NCBI RefSeq assembly: GCF_009914755.1
Contig: NC_060942.1
From: the human T2T-CHM13v2.0 reference genome, Homo sapiens
Length of the DNA: 64,000 bases
Reading direction: 5' to 3' (one strand)
The stretch's first letter is position 1, and each line of letters starts with the position of its first letter. Both the position numbers and the translations under genes were made by a program. Below, in pieces: positions 30,613 through 45,689 of the stretch. The notes under the pieces are model-generated. The model ran no database searches, had not been told where the DNA came from, and was given only the letters and a program-made list of their open reading frames with translations.

Positions 30613-31239
30613 AAACAACTTGTTCTGGTACCTAAAAAGCAAGTTCCTCTGCATTCATGAGTGCATCGGTTTCTTTTTCAGTAACCGACACTAAAGAGCA
30701 AAGGTAACTAGGAAAAATCTCTCTGGAGTTGTTAGAATTACCTGCATTCTGTGAATGTTGCTTAAAAAAAACTAAAATGGAATTTTAATTCATAAGGCAA
30801 TAAAATCTTAAAAATATACCAGATACCTGCAATAATAGTATTTTTAGATATCAATCTAATAAAGAAAGTAAGAAACCAACATTCAAACACTGACTATATA
30901 TAAAGAACATTCATATGTTCTCTGATTTAATTCTTTCAACAATCCAAAGAGATTGATAATATCTTTTCCCCTCAACAGAGCAGCAAACAGAGGTTCAGAA
31001 AACAAGAATTCATTTAAGGTTATACAATTAACAAGGAAAAGAACTGAAATCTGTGGGCATTTTTATATTTTCCACTACTCCTTGCTTCAAAAGGATGGAA
31101 AAGAAAGAGGAAAGAGGAATGGACGGAAGGAAAGGAAAAGAACATTCTACAGCCAGATCTGGTAGTGACTCCATTAGCACTAAGATCCCCTAGACTGAAA
31201 ATCAGATTAAACATAAAATCAGTCCTGAACTTGCCTTAC

Positions 31240-31297
31240 CACCGAAGACTTCTTTTTGCGAAGCCATTTGCTGTACCACATTATTATTTTTAAACTT
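31240..31297 (-). other. Putative 58-nt internal exon
   Basis: Acceptor TTTTGTTTTGTTTTTTGTTCAATAG| and donor GTG|GTAAGG on the minus strand, in non-repeat sequence. Confidence 0.55.
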
Positions 31298-31779
31298 CTA
31301 TTGAACAAAAAACAAAACAAAACCTCTCCCAGTTCTATCACTAGGATGTAATAACATGTGCACACAGGTGTGTGTGTTCCTTAAAATCCATAAGGAAAAC
31401 TTGAAAGCAGCCAGAGCTGACCTCACACAGGTGGCATCTGTGTTGGACAGTAATAACCAAAAGAGTCTTGCTCGGCCCTTAATAACCCACGCAAAGAATC
31501 ACTAAAAGTTACTAAAATACAGCCACTGGAAAACGACGAATGAACAAAGTGGTTAATGTTCCTTCCCAAAATTATAGCAAGGAAAACTCCACCACCTAAT
31601 GAAAATCATTAAGAGAATTCAGAGGAGTTAACTGCAGGCAGGCGTGACTTCTCCCCCAGAAAGTAATCAACTAATAAGCATTAATCATCTTGTGCACAGT
31701 CTGCGCATTTATAATAGGGTTTAATAAAGCCTTCAACAACAGGCCCAGAATTAATGAACGGCATCTTAGGTCTAACACA

Positions 31780-34370
31780 AAAGTATTCCTTAGCGGACGA
31801 AAATTAGCGCTTCTACTTCACATTTGCTGTCGTGTCCCCCATATATACGGGCTCGTATTCACTATCCCTGGAGGCTTTATCACGCGTGGTTTTTTTTAGC
31901 TTTTGTTCCTGAAAGCAGTTAACCTTCATCGATAACCTACCGTGTGCCGGGTGATCTCCAAACATCCCACTAGTTTTTTCTTTTTTTAGTTTCCCATGGG
32001 TAGTGGCAAAATTTTGAAGGCAATGCAACCAGGAAGATGGGAGCGAATATTTTCTCACGCCAACAGGGAGGCCAGTTTCCGGGAGAGGAACTCGGCGGCG
32101 TCTGGAGCTACCCAGGAAGAGCTTGCAGCCCCCAAGGGCAGCGCGTGCAGGCCAAGGGGGTCGGGTAGGGTTGAGCGGGTACTCACCGGGCAGAAGCGCG
32201 GCCTAAGTCCTCCTTACTTCTGCGTGTCAATCCCCCTTCCCCAATTTGCATCCTTACTGCAATCCAGTCTCCCCCGTACAACCGTCACGGATCTGCGCTC
32301 CGAGCACCGCCCCCCCCCCGCAACCAGCCACCAACCCCCGGCAGGGACCACAGGCACACGCCTCCGTCGGAAAAGTTGGGCAGACACTTCAGAACTTTTC
32401 TTTCACTTTGGGGAGAAGGAGGGAGTTGGAGAAGTGGGGGCGAGGGGTGTTAAAGCACTGGGCCATTCTCTGCAACATCTCCCCGCGCCCCCCAACAAGT
32501 TGCCCCTCCTCGTGCACACAGCGAGGTGACAGCGCAGGGCACCAAACTGCTGAGGGAAGGAGATGCCTGCAGCCATCTCAGCGGGGCTGGCGGACGCGAC
32601 CCGACAGTCACCGGAAAAACAGTGGTGTCGGTCTTCCCCATCACCTCCCCTCCCCATCCCACAATAAAGCGCACGGAAGATGTCTGGGAGTACCTGGCCC
32701 TGCCACAGGAGCTGGGGAGGAGAGCGATCTCACCCCCTCCATCCCTCCCGGCAGGTGGGCCGCGGTCAGATACGTTTGGCCCGCAAGTCCTTTTCGGACA
32801 CGTTGGCATCTGCTCCCAAAGAGCGCCCCAGCAGGACCCGGTCACCGGGGTCTTCCAGAGGGGCGGTAGCCACCGCACAGGAGCCAGCGGCATCCCCCAA
32901 GGAGCCGCAAGCCCTACCTGGCTTAACCCCCGGACATGTGTGTCGCTACCGATCGAAGAACCCAAACACCCCGAGATTTCCCTCCTCTAGGCAGGTGAAA
33001 ACCCCACGGAACTCTCCGCAGCGCTGCCTGCCCAGCCGGCCGTGTCTCGCCGTCCCCGAGGCCTCGGGGGCTCCCAGCACCTCCACCCAAATCCCACCTG
33101 TGCGGGCTCGGGAGTCCGAGGGCGCTGACAGCTGCTGCCGCCGCATCCCGGATCTCCAAAGTGCGGCGGGAGCGGCCAGGGAACCTGCAGGACACCGCCG
33201 GGCCAAGGGGCTTGGGAAGGTCTGGGGGCCCCCGGCGCCGCACCCCTGCTTACCTGGCGTTCGCTGGGCCCCGGCTGGGGCATCCGCCTGGTGCGCGCCG
33301 CTCGGAGCGCTCGCTGCGCACCTGGCCGCTGCCACCGCCCGCCCGGCCCCAGCCCTGGCCGCCGCGCTAGCGCTGCATGGCGCACGGGGGCTGGCCGGGG
33401 GCCCGGGGAAGCGTGTCTAGTTGGCGGCGGCACCTCCGGCTCTCGCGGCTCGCTAGTGGCTCCCCCGCCTTTCCCCGCCCCGCGTCCGTGCACCCTTCCT
33501 CTGCAGCCGCCCTTTTGCCTCCGCTCCGCCGGACCGGCCAAACTGGTTTCTCCGCTCGGGGAGGTGCCTCTGGTTTCCCTCCAGCAGCCGCGGCCGCCGA
33601 GCCTCGCTGGGGCTGGGGCTGGGGCTGGAGGCGGGCTCGGCCTTCTCCCCTCCCTTTTTCCCTCCCTAGGGCGGAGAGGGGCTGGACTGCAAGCCCCGGG
33701 GCGGCCCGAGGCGGCCCAGGTCCAGCTCCTGCCCCACGCCCTCCGTGCGTCCTGGAGTCAGGTGGGCACCCCTTTCAGTCTTCCGAGCCCAGCCTACGAG
33801 CCCTTGCCTCGCCCAGCCTGAGACCTAGTTGCTGCGGCTGCTCTTAGCTCCCCGGGGGCCGCACTCGCCACCACACCTCTCCAGCCCAGCGTCACTTTCC
33901 CGCTGCCCTTGGCTGGCTTGGCCGTCACCCCGGGTCGAGGACTGAGCCAGCCTGGAAAGCTGGCGGGGCCGCGGCGCGCCCGGGACCTGAGCTCCCTCGG
34001 TAAGGGGAGCTGTGTCCTCTTGATGCCAAGTCATGTTTGGGGACCGGTCACCGAATGCGCGTCAAAGTTCGCCGCGTGGAGGGTGAAGAAAGAGGCTGCG
34101 CCTCAAGACTTCCAGAAACGTATCCTGTGATTGCAGCCAGCAGGCTTTCTGCCGAGTCCAAACGCTATCGAGTTTTTTTGGGTTTGGAGTCAAAAGGAGT
34201 TAAGGTGCGGCCCGTGAACCACGCGGTGTAGGTGGAAATTTTGGACTCAGCGCCTCGTTGCTGGCTGGTGTCTGAGCGGGTGAATCGTGCCTCCCTGGCA
34301 GTATAGACATTACCCTCCTTCTTGAGTAGACTTTTGCCGCTCCCCGACTATGGACCGAGTCGTTGGGATA
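31780..34370. promoter_or_regulatory. CpG island promoter of a minus-strand gene
   Basis: Very high GC and CpG density against a CpG-depleted background; GC boxes (ccccgcccc 33473-33481, gggcgg 33669-33674); free of Alus; consensus splice donor inside it. Confidence 0.92.
33254..33900 (-). other. Putative first exon (5' leader) of unidentified gene; TSS uncertain (~33450-33930)
   Basis: Minus-strand donor CAG|GTAAGC at 33254/33253 in the CpG island core; contains ATG-CAG-CGC-TAG (33378-33367) and an ATG at 33283. Confidence 0.75.
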
Positions 34371-34639
34371 AGAATGGAGGAAAATCAAAGATCAGAGTTT
34401 GCTTAAAATGCAGTAGGGGAGCCAGGACTCCCACACGATTCCCAGTCACCTAGAGGCTCACATCTATGCCCAAGAGTCCAGACTCCCAACTGGGTCATCA
34501 CAGAGGCTTCCTACAGGAGGCCGTGCTTGATGGGACTCAAAGATCCACAGCTTTAAGGATCAGAGTTGTGTAGAGAGGGTATTCAACGGGTGGCCAACTG
34601 GTAGAATCTTGTCTGATACCAACCCCGAGGCTGCTCTAG

Positions 34640-34772
34640 GCTTCTTTTTCATGAGTCAAACTTGATCTCTGACTAGGTGCTGCTCAGTCACTCAATCTAT
34701 CCAGGCCTCAGTTTCGTCATTTGTAAAATGAGATTGGACCAGATGGTCTCTTCCAGCACTTATATTCTGAAG
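34640..34772 (+). mobile_element. MIR
   Basis: gcctcagtttcgtcatttgtaaaatgaga core. Confidence 0.7.
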
Positions 34773-35393
34773 CTAACGACAGAACAAAGGTACCGATGCA
34801 AGAGAACATAGGGCCTGTTGGTGACACTGGTTGATCTAAGACATTTAGACTTGTTTTTGGTAGCACCTGCAAACCGTTGACAATTTAGGACCGAGCATGA
34901 GCATGATCAAGGTTGTGTTTTAGGGAAAATAATAGGGAGATAGTCTAGAGAGGATAAAACTGAAGATGGGAGAATCACTTGAGAGGCTGGGACAGCGACA
35001 TACGGAGGAGTTGCCAGGGGAAGTAAAAAGGAGGAAATTCAAGGGACACCACAGAAGAGAGATAGGGCACGAAGTGGCCACAACCTGCAACTGACTGGGA
35101 GAGGGGAGCAATGGAAGGTGAGCCAGGTTCTCAAGACTGGGTTATGGCATGCAAGGAGCAGCAGACTCCAAAGGAGGGAAGCCGTTTAGGAAGACTCTGC
35201 CCCTATCTGGATAAATGCCAGCAAACCTAGGAATCAAGAGGGGATTCCAGACTAAAGGGGGCACCCCCTCCTTGCAGATCCACTACCAAGTGCTCAACCT
35301 GTCCAAGAAAATGTTACATAGAAGAGACTAAACAAGGACGCATCCAATCTACACCTGTACCTAGATCTGATCAATACCATTCTGATGTCTGCA

Positions 35394-35533
35394 TTTATTT
35401 ACTTGTTTATTTATTTATAGAGACAGGGTTGGGTTTCACTATGTTGCCCAGGCTTGTCTTGAACTCCCCAGTTCAAGCGGTCCACCTGCCTCAGCCCCCC
35501 AAGGTGCTGGGATTACAGTCATGAGCCACCACC
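35394..35533 (-). mobile_element. Alu left monomer (J/FLAM-like), inverted
   Basis: Antisense left arm abutting a sense Alu. Confidence 0.9.
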
Positions 35534-35534
35534 T

Positions 35535-35717
35535 GTACTAAAAATACAAAAATTAGCCAAGCATGGTGGCGGGCGCCTGTGGTCCCAGCTACTCAAGAGG
35601 CTGAAGCAGGAGAATCAATTGAACCTGGGAGACTGAGGTGGCAGGCAGTGAGCCGAGACTGTGCCACTGCGCTTCAGCCTGGGCAACAGAGCGAGGCTCT
35701 GTCTCAAAATAAAATAA
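35535..35717 (+). mobile_element. Alu linker plus right arm (S-like)
   Basis: tactaaaaatacaaaaattagcc...gtctcaaaat. Confidence 0.9.
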
Positions 35718-36107
<390 letters not shown>

Positions 36108-36299
36108 AAGTATCTTAAAAGGTGGCAAATGCTTTGAAAAAATAGAACAGGCTGGACTGGGAGAAGGCCCCTGAAGGAGCTGCCTTTTGGAGTGCTGTAA
36201 AAGTTATATTTCTTGATCTGAATGATAATTATACGAGTAGACGCATATGCAAGAATTCATTGACCTGTATGCTTAAGATTTATACATTAAAAAATAATA

Positions 36300-36593
36300 G
36301 ACCAGGCACGATGGCTCACACCTGTAATCCCAGCACTTTGGGAGATCAAGGCAGGTGGATCATGAGGTCAGGAGTTCAAGATCAGCATGGCCAAGATGGT
36401 GAAACCCTGTCTCTACTAAAAATACAAAAAATTAGCCAGGCGTGATGGTGGGCATCTGTAATCCCAGCTACTGAGGAGGCTGAGGCAGATAATTGCTTGA
36501 ACCCTGAAGGCAGAGGTTGCAGTGAGCTGAGATTGCCCCACTGCACTCCAGCCTGGGCAACAGAGCGAATAATAATACTACTACTAATAATAA
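36300..36593 (+). mobile_element. Alu (AluS-like)
   Basis: Dimer with (TAA/TAC)n tail. Confidence 0.95.
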
Positions 36594-36786
36594 TTGAGCA
36601 GGATTAAGAGATTAGGATTTGGAGGATGAGTCACAATTTTAAATAATGTGGTCAGGGTAGGCTTCTTGAAAAGCTGCATTTGAAAAATGACTTGCAAGAA
36701 GGTAGAGTTTCATCTTTGATGAGACAAATCCTTTGAAAACCCATTTTGCATGGAACCCACCAGATGGAGGCATGTTAAAACCTTAT

Positions 36787-37110
<324 letters not shown>

Positions 37111-37532
37111 ACACCCACACCCACACAACTCCACAACCTTATCCTAGAACACTTCCCCTATGTAAGTCTTCCTCATCTTAGGAAGGAGGTTCTCAGAGTG
37201 CATCAGCTGGTGTTGCTGATGAAGGAATTAGCTCACCTGGAAACCGACCTTGTCCTTTCTGAAAGAACCATGCCAAATTTTGGGGTGCCTTGTCAGGGCA
37301 ATCACTGGAAGTGTCTCACATGCAACAATTTTAAAATGCATCTTACATGAGTCACTGAGAGATGACTTCTTTGTCCTGGCAGAGCCCTGATTCCACCAGC
37401 CTTGGCAGCCCTTTCTCAGCATTCTCAGATGGGATTGAATAAACACTCTGGTTTTATTTAGAAGTCACTCTCATTTAGTAACCAACGAGCTGCTGGGGGA
37501 AATCACGAAATGTAACAGAAATGGCCATTTCT

Positions 37533-37635
37533 TTTTATGTTTTATTTTTTATTATTTTTTTGAGACAGGGTCTCACTCTGGCACCCAGGCCAGAGTGCAG
37601 TGGTGACCATTGCTCACTGCAGCCATTGTGCCCAG
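37533..37635 (-). mobile_element. Internally collapsed Alu (~100 bp)
   Basis: Both Alu termini present; TSD agaaat(g/a)gccatttct at 37517-37532 and 37634-37649. Confidence 0.88.
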
Positions 37636-38806
37636 AAATAGCCATTTCTAAAAGAGGGTAACAATGATTTTCAACTTTTGTAGTTCATAATTTCCTCTGT
37701 TTCTTTTTTTCCCCCTTTTCTTGGCAGCAGTCTTATGTACATTTGCATGATGTGGGTAGGAAAGCCAGGGAGGTTGCCAAGAGAGCTAGCTCAGTTTTAC
37801 TGAAAATTTATTTCCTGGAATTTTTTTTTTTACAAGATAAGATAAGTGATAAAAGATATGTTTAAATGGAGGTGATACTGCTTGTATTCAGTTCTTTGCT
37901 AAGCCCAGTGGTCGTTTAAGCTAAAGCATTTAATGCCAATGGAAAGACTCATGCTGCACTAGGTGCTATTGTAACCCATGCTTGGCAGTCAAGATTAACT
38001 CAGTTGAAAGTTCTTCACAGTCATTATCCAGACCAGATCCAGAATTTTAAATCTGATAAGACACCTCTTATGTGAATCTGTCCTAGCAATAAGTGACATT
38101 AGAATTTTCAAATATCTGCCCCACATCCTTCGAAATGGCTTTTAAAACAACAAATACAGATGATATATTCTATTTTCTCTGGCACAATGAGTTTTCCAAC
38201 ATTCCTTCTAAGTTACAAGGCTTTCCACTTCCTTTACTACTTAATGACTTCTTTTTTTCTGACTAACATTTTAAAATAAGAAATTAGATTGCAAAAGAAA
38301 TATTAAACATCAAGTAACTAAATGTGTCTCAATGATTTTGGCAATCACAGACTTAACATGCATAAAATGTTACAGGAGGAATTATTCATGTTATTAAAAT
38401 TCACTTCCCTTTCTTTTGTATTCATAAGCATGCAAATGTGTAGGATTGTCTACCATTCTTTTCTACAAGGAAGAGATTTTAATAAACCACTTACTGTATT
38501 TCTCTATGGAAATGTAATAAACATTACCTGATGTTGATAATGTAACACCAGTTAAACTTAATGAGTAAAATTAATACAGACAGTTCATGAATAATTTTCC
38601 AAAATAACTTGCGATTGTTGTTAGTATATGTCGCCATGTGTTCCTGTAGTTGTAGGAAGTTTGTATGTATTATCTTAGGCTCTGTTCTCATCATTTTCCA
38701 TTGTGTCATGAAAACACATTTACCTTTTGGACTTTATCCCTCTTCCTTCCTGACCTGCACCCTAAATGTGGCTAATTCCAGGTTGCTGTGAATAGAAGTT
38801 TACTAG

Positions 38807-39103
<297 letters not shown>

Positions 39104-39904
39104 GAAATTTACTAGATTCTGAAGAGCACGTGCTACTCCTCCTGTTTGAAATGCCCTACCTCATGTGCCTGATCTCATCATCCTTCACATCTCAGTTCCC
39201 AAGTGGCTTCCTCTGGGAAAGCTTTGCCCTAGTCTCCCTCAAACTAACTAAAGCTTCTAACATTTAGTTGGTTCTTGCTGTTTCCACAGCATTTTGCAGC
39301 TGACTTCTAGGGAAAGCTTCCCATTGTATTTTCACTGTTTACCTGTCTTGTTCCTCACTGCACTGTGAGCCCATTGAGACATAAAACTGAGTCTTATTCT
39401 TCTTGATCTCTTTTGGCATACAGCATTAAATAGAGCATTCCAGGTGCTTATTAATTCTTATAGAATGAATGAATGGTTGGCATGGTCATAATTCTCAATA
39501 GTTGCATAGTATTTTCTCCTGCTGATGATTTCTTTAATCACTTGCTATTCTTGGATGTTTATGCATTTACCAAATTGGTTTCCAGAAATATCTCATTTAT
39601 CACAACCCACCACTATGTTAAGGGCTTCTGAAGGTCATATTTCTATCTGGTTCCTGTTATTTTGCAGGCTGTAATCTGTCCCTCTGTATTTCATTCTAGA
39701 AACAGTGTGCCTCAGTATACAAAAAATTTTTGTCTTGTTAGAACTAGGATATGAGTAAGCCTTTGTTGCTATCACTGGATGATAAAAAGAAGGTTATTCA
39801 AATTCTTCCATAAAATCACAGGAGTGTACCTTGTGTATGAACACAGCCTTCTGTGTTTTCCTAAATTTCCAGTGAGCGTGAGTGGTTGTCCCTCCCAGTT
39901 AAAG

Positions 39905-40330
39905 AAAAGCAAATTAAATGCAAAATAAAACAATGAGAAACAATTTTGTACTTATCACATTAGCAAAGTTTTTTTTTTTTAAGTCTGGTGTTGCAAACAC
40001 TGGCAACATTTAGGAGGAAACAGGCACTCATACACTGTAGGTAGGGGTACAAATTGTGCAACTTCTTTGAAAGGAAATTCAGAACTATATCAAAATTTTA
40101 AGATACATGCCATGTGCCCCAAGAATTTATGTCTAGGAATTTATCTTAGAGATACACTTGAACATTTTATACAAGGGTAAATGTACACATATATTCATGG
40201 CTGCATGCCTTTTCTGCAAAAGACCAAAAGTGACCTCAGTGTCCATTCACAGAGGTTACTTCCATACAATAAAATACTAATCTGCCATTTTTTAAAAAAT
40301 TAAGGAATTCTAGTTTATTTCTGTATACAT
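39905..40330 (+). mobile_element. L1ME-type fragment
   Basis: ggaaacaggcactcatacactg, aaattgtgcaacttctttg, ctaggaatttatc. Confidence 0.7.
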
Positions 40331-40339
40331 AAATAAAAT

Positions 40340-40620
40340 TCATGTGTATAATGTTTATAGGTTTCCATTTGTGTAACATATAATATAATGTAATAAATAA
40401 TATAATGTATAATCTAAATTATAATGTATATTATGTATACAATATAATGTATACATAATCTAAATTATAATGTATATTATGTATACAATATAATGTATAT
40501 TGTATGCATATAATATAATGTATATGTATATAATGTAATATGTAACTGTTATATATTCTCATATGTGTAATATATGCTAATATATGTCATATATTACACA
40601 TACATATATGTATATATAGA
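40340..40620. repeat. AT-rich low-complexity tract with a 46-bp-period duplication
   Basis: aatctaaattataatgtatattatgtatacaatataatgtat at 40411 and 40457. Confidence 0.9.
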
Positions 40621-40864
40621 CTGAAAAGATACACAAGAAGTTGGTAATGGTGCTCATCTCTATGATGGGAGACTAATTTTCACATATATGTTTGTATAGT
40701 TGAAACTATTTTATTGTATTTTTCCCTGCTTTTCTTGACTGTAGAAACTTTGTTTTTTTAACATATTTCTGGATGATTTTTTAATTTAATTTTTTTGGCA
40801 AAAAATACGCATACAAACACACATATATATATTTTAAACTCAAATAGTACTGCAAAGTTTCTAA

Positions 40865-41488
<624 letters not shown>

Positions 41489-42091
41489 CATTCACTTTCA
41501 TATTACTAATAACAAGCTTGTTTGGCCATGTCTTGATGTTTTCCCCTTTTAGACATTATCTACTGAATTCCTATCAGAGAGGCAGATTTAACTGGCTTAC
41601 ACATCCCACTCCTGACACCCTCCCATACAAACTCTTGCTCTTACTCCAATCTCAAATCATAATTAGATTGCAACTTATAGCCAAATCAATTTTCAGTGGA
41701 CACCTTATTATGACTATGGAAATACTGTTTGCAGTTAAGCCATGCAGTATAGTAACATTGCACTTCCTTTCTCATAAAGTTTTTTGGATTTGTGTTGAGT
41801 TAATAATTGCCTTTCCCCCTCATTTACTTTGTCTTCCATGTGCCTATCATTAATTCAGTTCCAAAATGTCTCACATAACCATAAAGCACCTCTCAGTATG
41901 GCCAGACACAAAATTCAACTGTTTGCATTTTTTTCCCATGAGACATTCCCGGCTGTGGACTCTGTCCTCTTGCTTTACGATGAAATGATCACTGTCATCA
42001 TCCTGAGAATTCCTTTTTTGTTGTACTTGCTAGTTCTGGTGGAGCACATCTGAAAAAGAGAACACTAGAGAAAACTTTTTTGAGGCCTAAG

Positions 42092-42467
42092 GTATCACCT
42101 AGGATGCCTTCAATTATAAATAATAGCATTCTGGAATACAAACAGGATTTTTATTACTATTATTAGGTCATCTCTAACTCTCTGAATAGTTAGCAGCTCA
42201 ATGATGTCATCAGGACCCAGGCACTTTTTGTACCCTTGCTGTGCCTTCATCACAACAATGATGATGTGTCCGCTTTATGTCACAGGTGGCTACAGCAGCT
42301 GGCTAATTTCATTTGTCAGAAACTGAGTCATACCTTAGCTGCACAGAAGTCTCAGAAAATGAATATATATCATTTACATCTTCTATTGTGAGAACAGGTC
42401 TCAAGTCAATAGGAAAGAAGGGATTGGGGGAATAGCTGTTGGATAGGCAACCCACAGGGTCTGCACA
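42092..42467 (-). mobile_element. MLT1J/K-like LTR within old L1M sequence
   Basis: cagctcaatgatgtcatcaggacccaggc, ccttagctgca, gctgttggataggcaacc motifs. Confidence 0.6.
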
Positions 42468-42708
42468 TCATGTGTATTTAAAAATGTGTTTAGTCTGCAT
42501 TCATAGTTTAGCTGGGTATAGCATTCTAGGTTGGAATGCATTTTTTTTCCTTAGAATTTTGAAGGCCTTGTTTCAATATATCCTAGATTCCAGTGTTGCT
42601 GTCAGATGCTTGATATTATTCTGATTCTCAATCCTTTGTATGTAACCAGCTTTCCACTTTCTGGAAGCTTTTCCTCTGATTCTAAAATATTACTGTAGTG
42701 TGCCTTAG

Positions 42709-43054
<346 letters not shown>

Positions 43055-44086
43055 TAATGCAGTTTTTTAGGATGCATTTTTTTAAAAACAGCAACAAAAA
43101 TATTTGAATTTGGATTATCTTTCTCAGTTACACTTACTTTTATCCAACTGCAATTGACCTGGGGTAAGCTTGGCAACAATGAAACATCTTTTCCAGGCTA
43201 TTCCCTTTGGAGTCTTTCTTGTTCTCTGGATCCCTAGACTTCTCTTCCCACCACTTGATGCCTTGCCCAACCTATCCTCTTCACATTTTCTTTACAATTA
43301 AAACTGACCTAAAACCATTGCTTACCTTTTAGAGCTAACGTAGCTAATCTAATAAATTAATTCACAAAATACAATGATGAACCCTCCTTACACAAAACAT
43401 ATAGGCATTTAATCACAATCTTCAATATTTTTATCCCAAATGAAAGAGTAAAAGGTGGGAATTTCACAGCGGTTGATGATGATTAACTGATCCATATTTT
43501 CTGTCCTTCAAATCATATTCCCTAATCCAGTTCCTAACAGTTCTGAAACAATGCAGAAGAAAATCTTGGCTTTTTAAGGAATGCTTCATTGGATAGCAAT
43601 TTAAAAATGCACTTGTATTCAAATCTAAACAATCCATGACATCTGTGGGGCACCTGATCAAGAATTGCTCACATTCCATCTTGTGAGTCAAAGCACAGGA
43701 TTGCTGTGCTTCTCTGAGTCCCAGCACTGAAGACCTACACAGGCATCTTTCCTATGACTCACCTAAAATACTTAATTTCTCAAAGATGTAGACAATCAAA
43801 TGCTGGCAGGTGATTCTGTAGGCTAAACTGTCTGGTCCTCAGCTGTGCTGAGTGACAGTGATATGCATAATGGTAGTTTTTAAACTTTTTTATACTGAAC
43901 TTTCAGTTGTTGTTTTCTTTAACTCTAACACCTCAAAACAGGAGAGTCATGTGTAAAACAGGAGGGACTGGGGCAGCTGACATGATTGGCACAATGGATG
44001 GCCCCTGTGTCAGGTTTACCATAAAGCTAATGATACTTAAACTTCAGGGACTCTCCAAAGTCTTATGCCTCATTTTACATTATTAA

Positions 44087-44453
<367 letters not shown>

Positions 44454-44568
44454 TGAAACCTGGTTTCACACCTGATAGGACCCAGAGCTTCACCCCTCCT
44501 TCCTCTCCTCTTCAGCCCTCTCCAAGGAGCCCTAGTCCTCTGTGGAACAAAAATAAAAGACAACCTGT

Positions 44569-44925
44569 GACTGGGCACAGTGGCTCATGCCTACAGTCCC
44601 AGCACTTTTGGAGGCTCAGGCAGGAGGATCACTTGAGGTCAGGAGTTCAAGAGCAGCCTGGGCAACATAGTGATACCCTGTCTGTACAAAAAAAATTCAA
44701 TTGGGCATGGTGGCATGTGCCTGTAGTAGTCCCAGCTATTTGGGAGGTTGAAGCAGGAGGATTGCTTGAGCCTAAAAGGTCAAGTCTGCAATGGGCTTTG
44801 ATGGTGCCGCTAGCCTGGGCAACAGAGTAAGACACTGTCAAAAGGAAAGGGAAGGAGAGGGGAGGGGAGGGGAAAGGAAAGGAAGGGAGGGAAGGGGGAA
44901 AGGAAAGAAAGGAGAAAGAAAGAAA
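44569..44925 (+). mobile_element. Alu (AluJ-like) with GA-rich tail
   Basis: Dimer plus (GGAAG/GGGGA)n. Confidence 0.93.
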
Positions 44926-44939
44926 ACAACAACTTGTAA

Positions 44940-45120
44940 CAATTCCTGGACTAGGAATCAGGAGAGAGGGTCTGACACCTGTGCTTGCTACTAGCCCTTT
45001 GTGGTCCTCAGTCAGGTCACTTGGCCTTTTTCAGACTCCGTTTCATCATCTGTAAAATGGGTGTGTTTGACCTGATGATCGCCAAGCTCTCTTTGAAAAC
45101 TAAGTCTTTGATTCTAAGTC
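44940..45120 (+). mobile_element. MIR
   Basis: caggtcactt...tttcatcatctgtaaaatggg core. Confidence 0.7.
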
Positions 45121-45689
45121 TACTGGGGACACTTTATACATTCCCTTACAATAGCCTCTATTCATGGGTTTGTCTTTCCCCACTGAGGTGCTGGAAAAAC
45201 TCACCCTCTGATTTTCTGGGTCCTGCCAAGACTTAGCCCAGCCCCTCCCTCTTCAAGCAATGACGTCCGTGATGGTGATAGGACTGCTGTCTCTCCTCTC
45301 CCCACAATTCACTGTCTCCACTCCTGCTAGATGAAAGAGGAATGACAGGGTGCAGTTCTATGTGTTAACCCTTCTCAGAATACCTTCATTTAAAATAGAA
45401 ATTAATATTTCATCTCAATGGCATAACTCTTTAGTGGTGAAATTTTAGGCAGCAGTTGCAGTCAAGTCTGAGGAAGAGAGATCGTCTTGAGCTCTTGCAG
45501 CAGGCAGTGTTTAGACCCCCTCAAGCCACAAGGGGACACTGCCCATTATTCTAGAACCAAAAGACTGACCCAGTTAAAAGGCACAGGAGCCCTGTCAACG
45601 TGGGTGCAAGGAGACTTTCACTTGGAATATCATTTACACTCACACAGCAGTGGAAGTTAATTGCATGGTGGAGGATGGGGACTTCACCT

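Noticed and set aside
33254-33900. Assigning a gene symbol to the CpG-island gene
   Set aside because: No recognisable protein sequence in the window; it needs a BLAT search
31996-34231. Long overlapping P/G/R/A-rich ORFs
   Set aside because: Stop-codon depletion in the GC-rich island gives ORFs on both strands; no recognisable domains
43464-43727. 87-aa minus-strand ORF in apparently unique sequence
   Set aside because: Non-ATG start, no family resemblance, and no convincing splice or pseudogene signature
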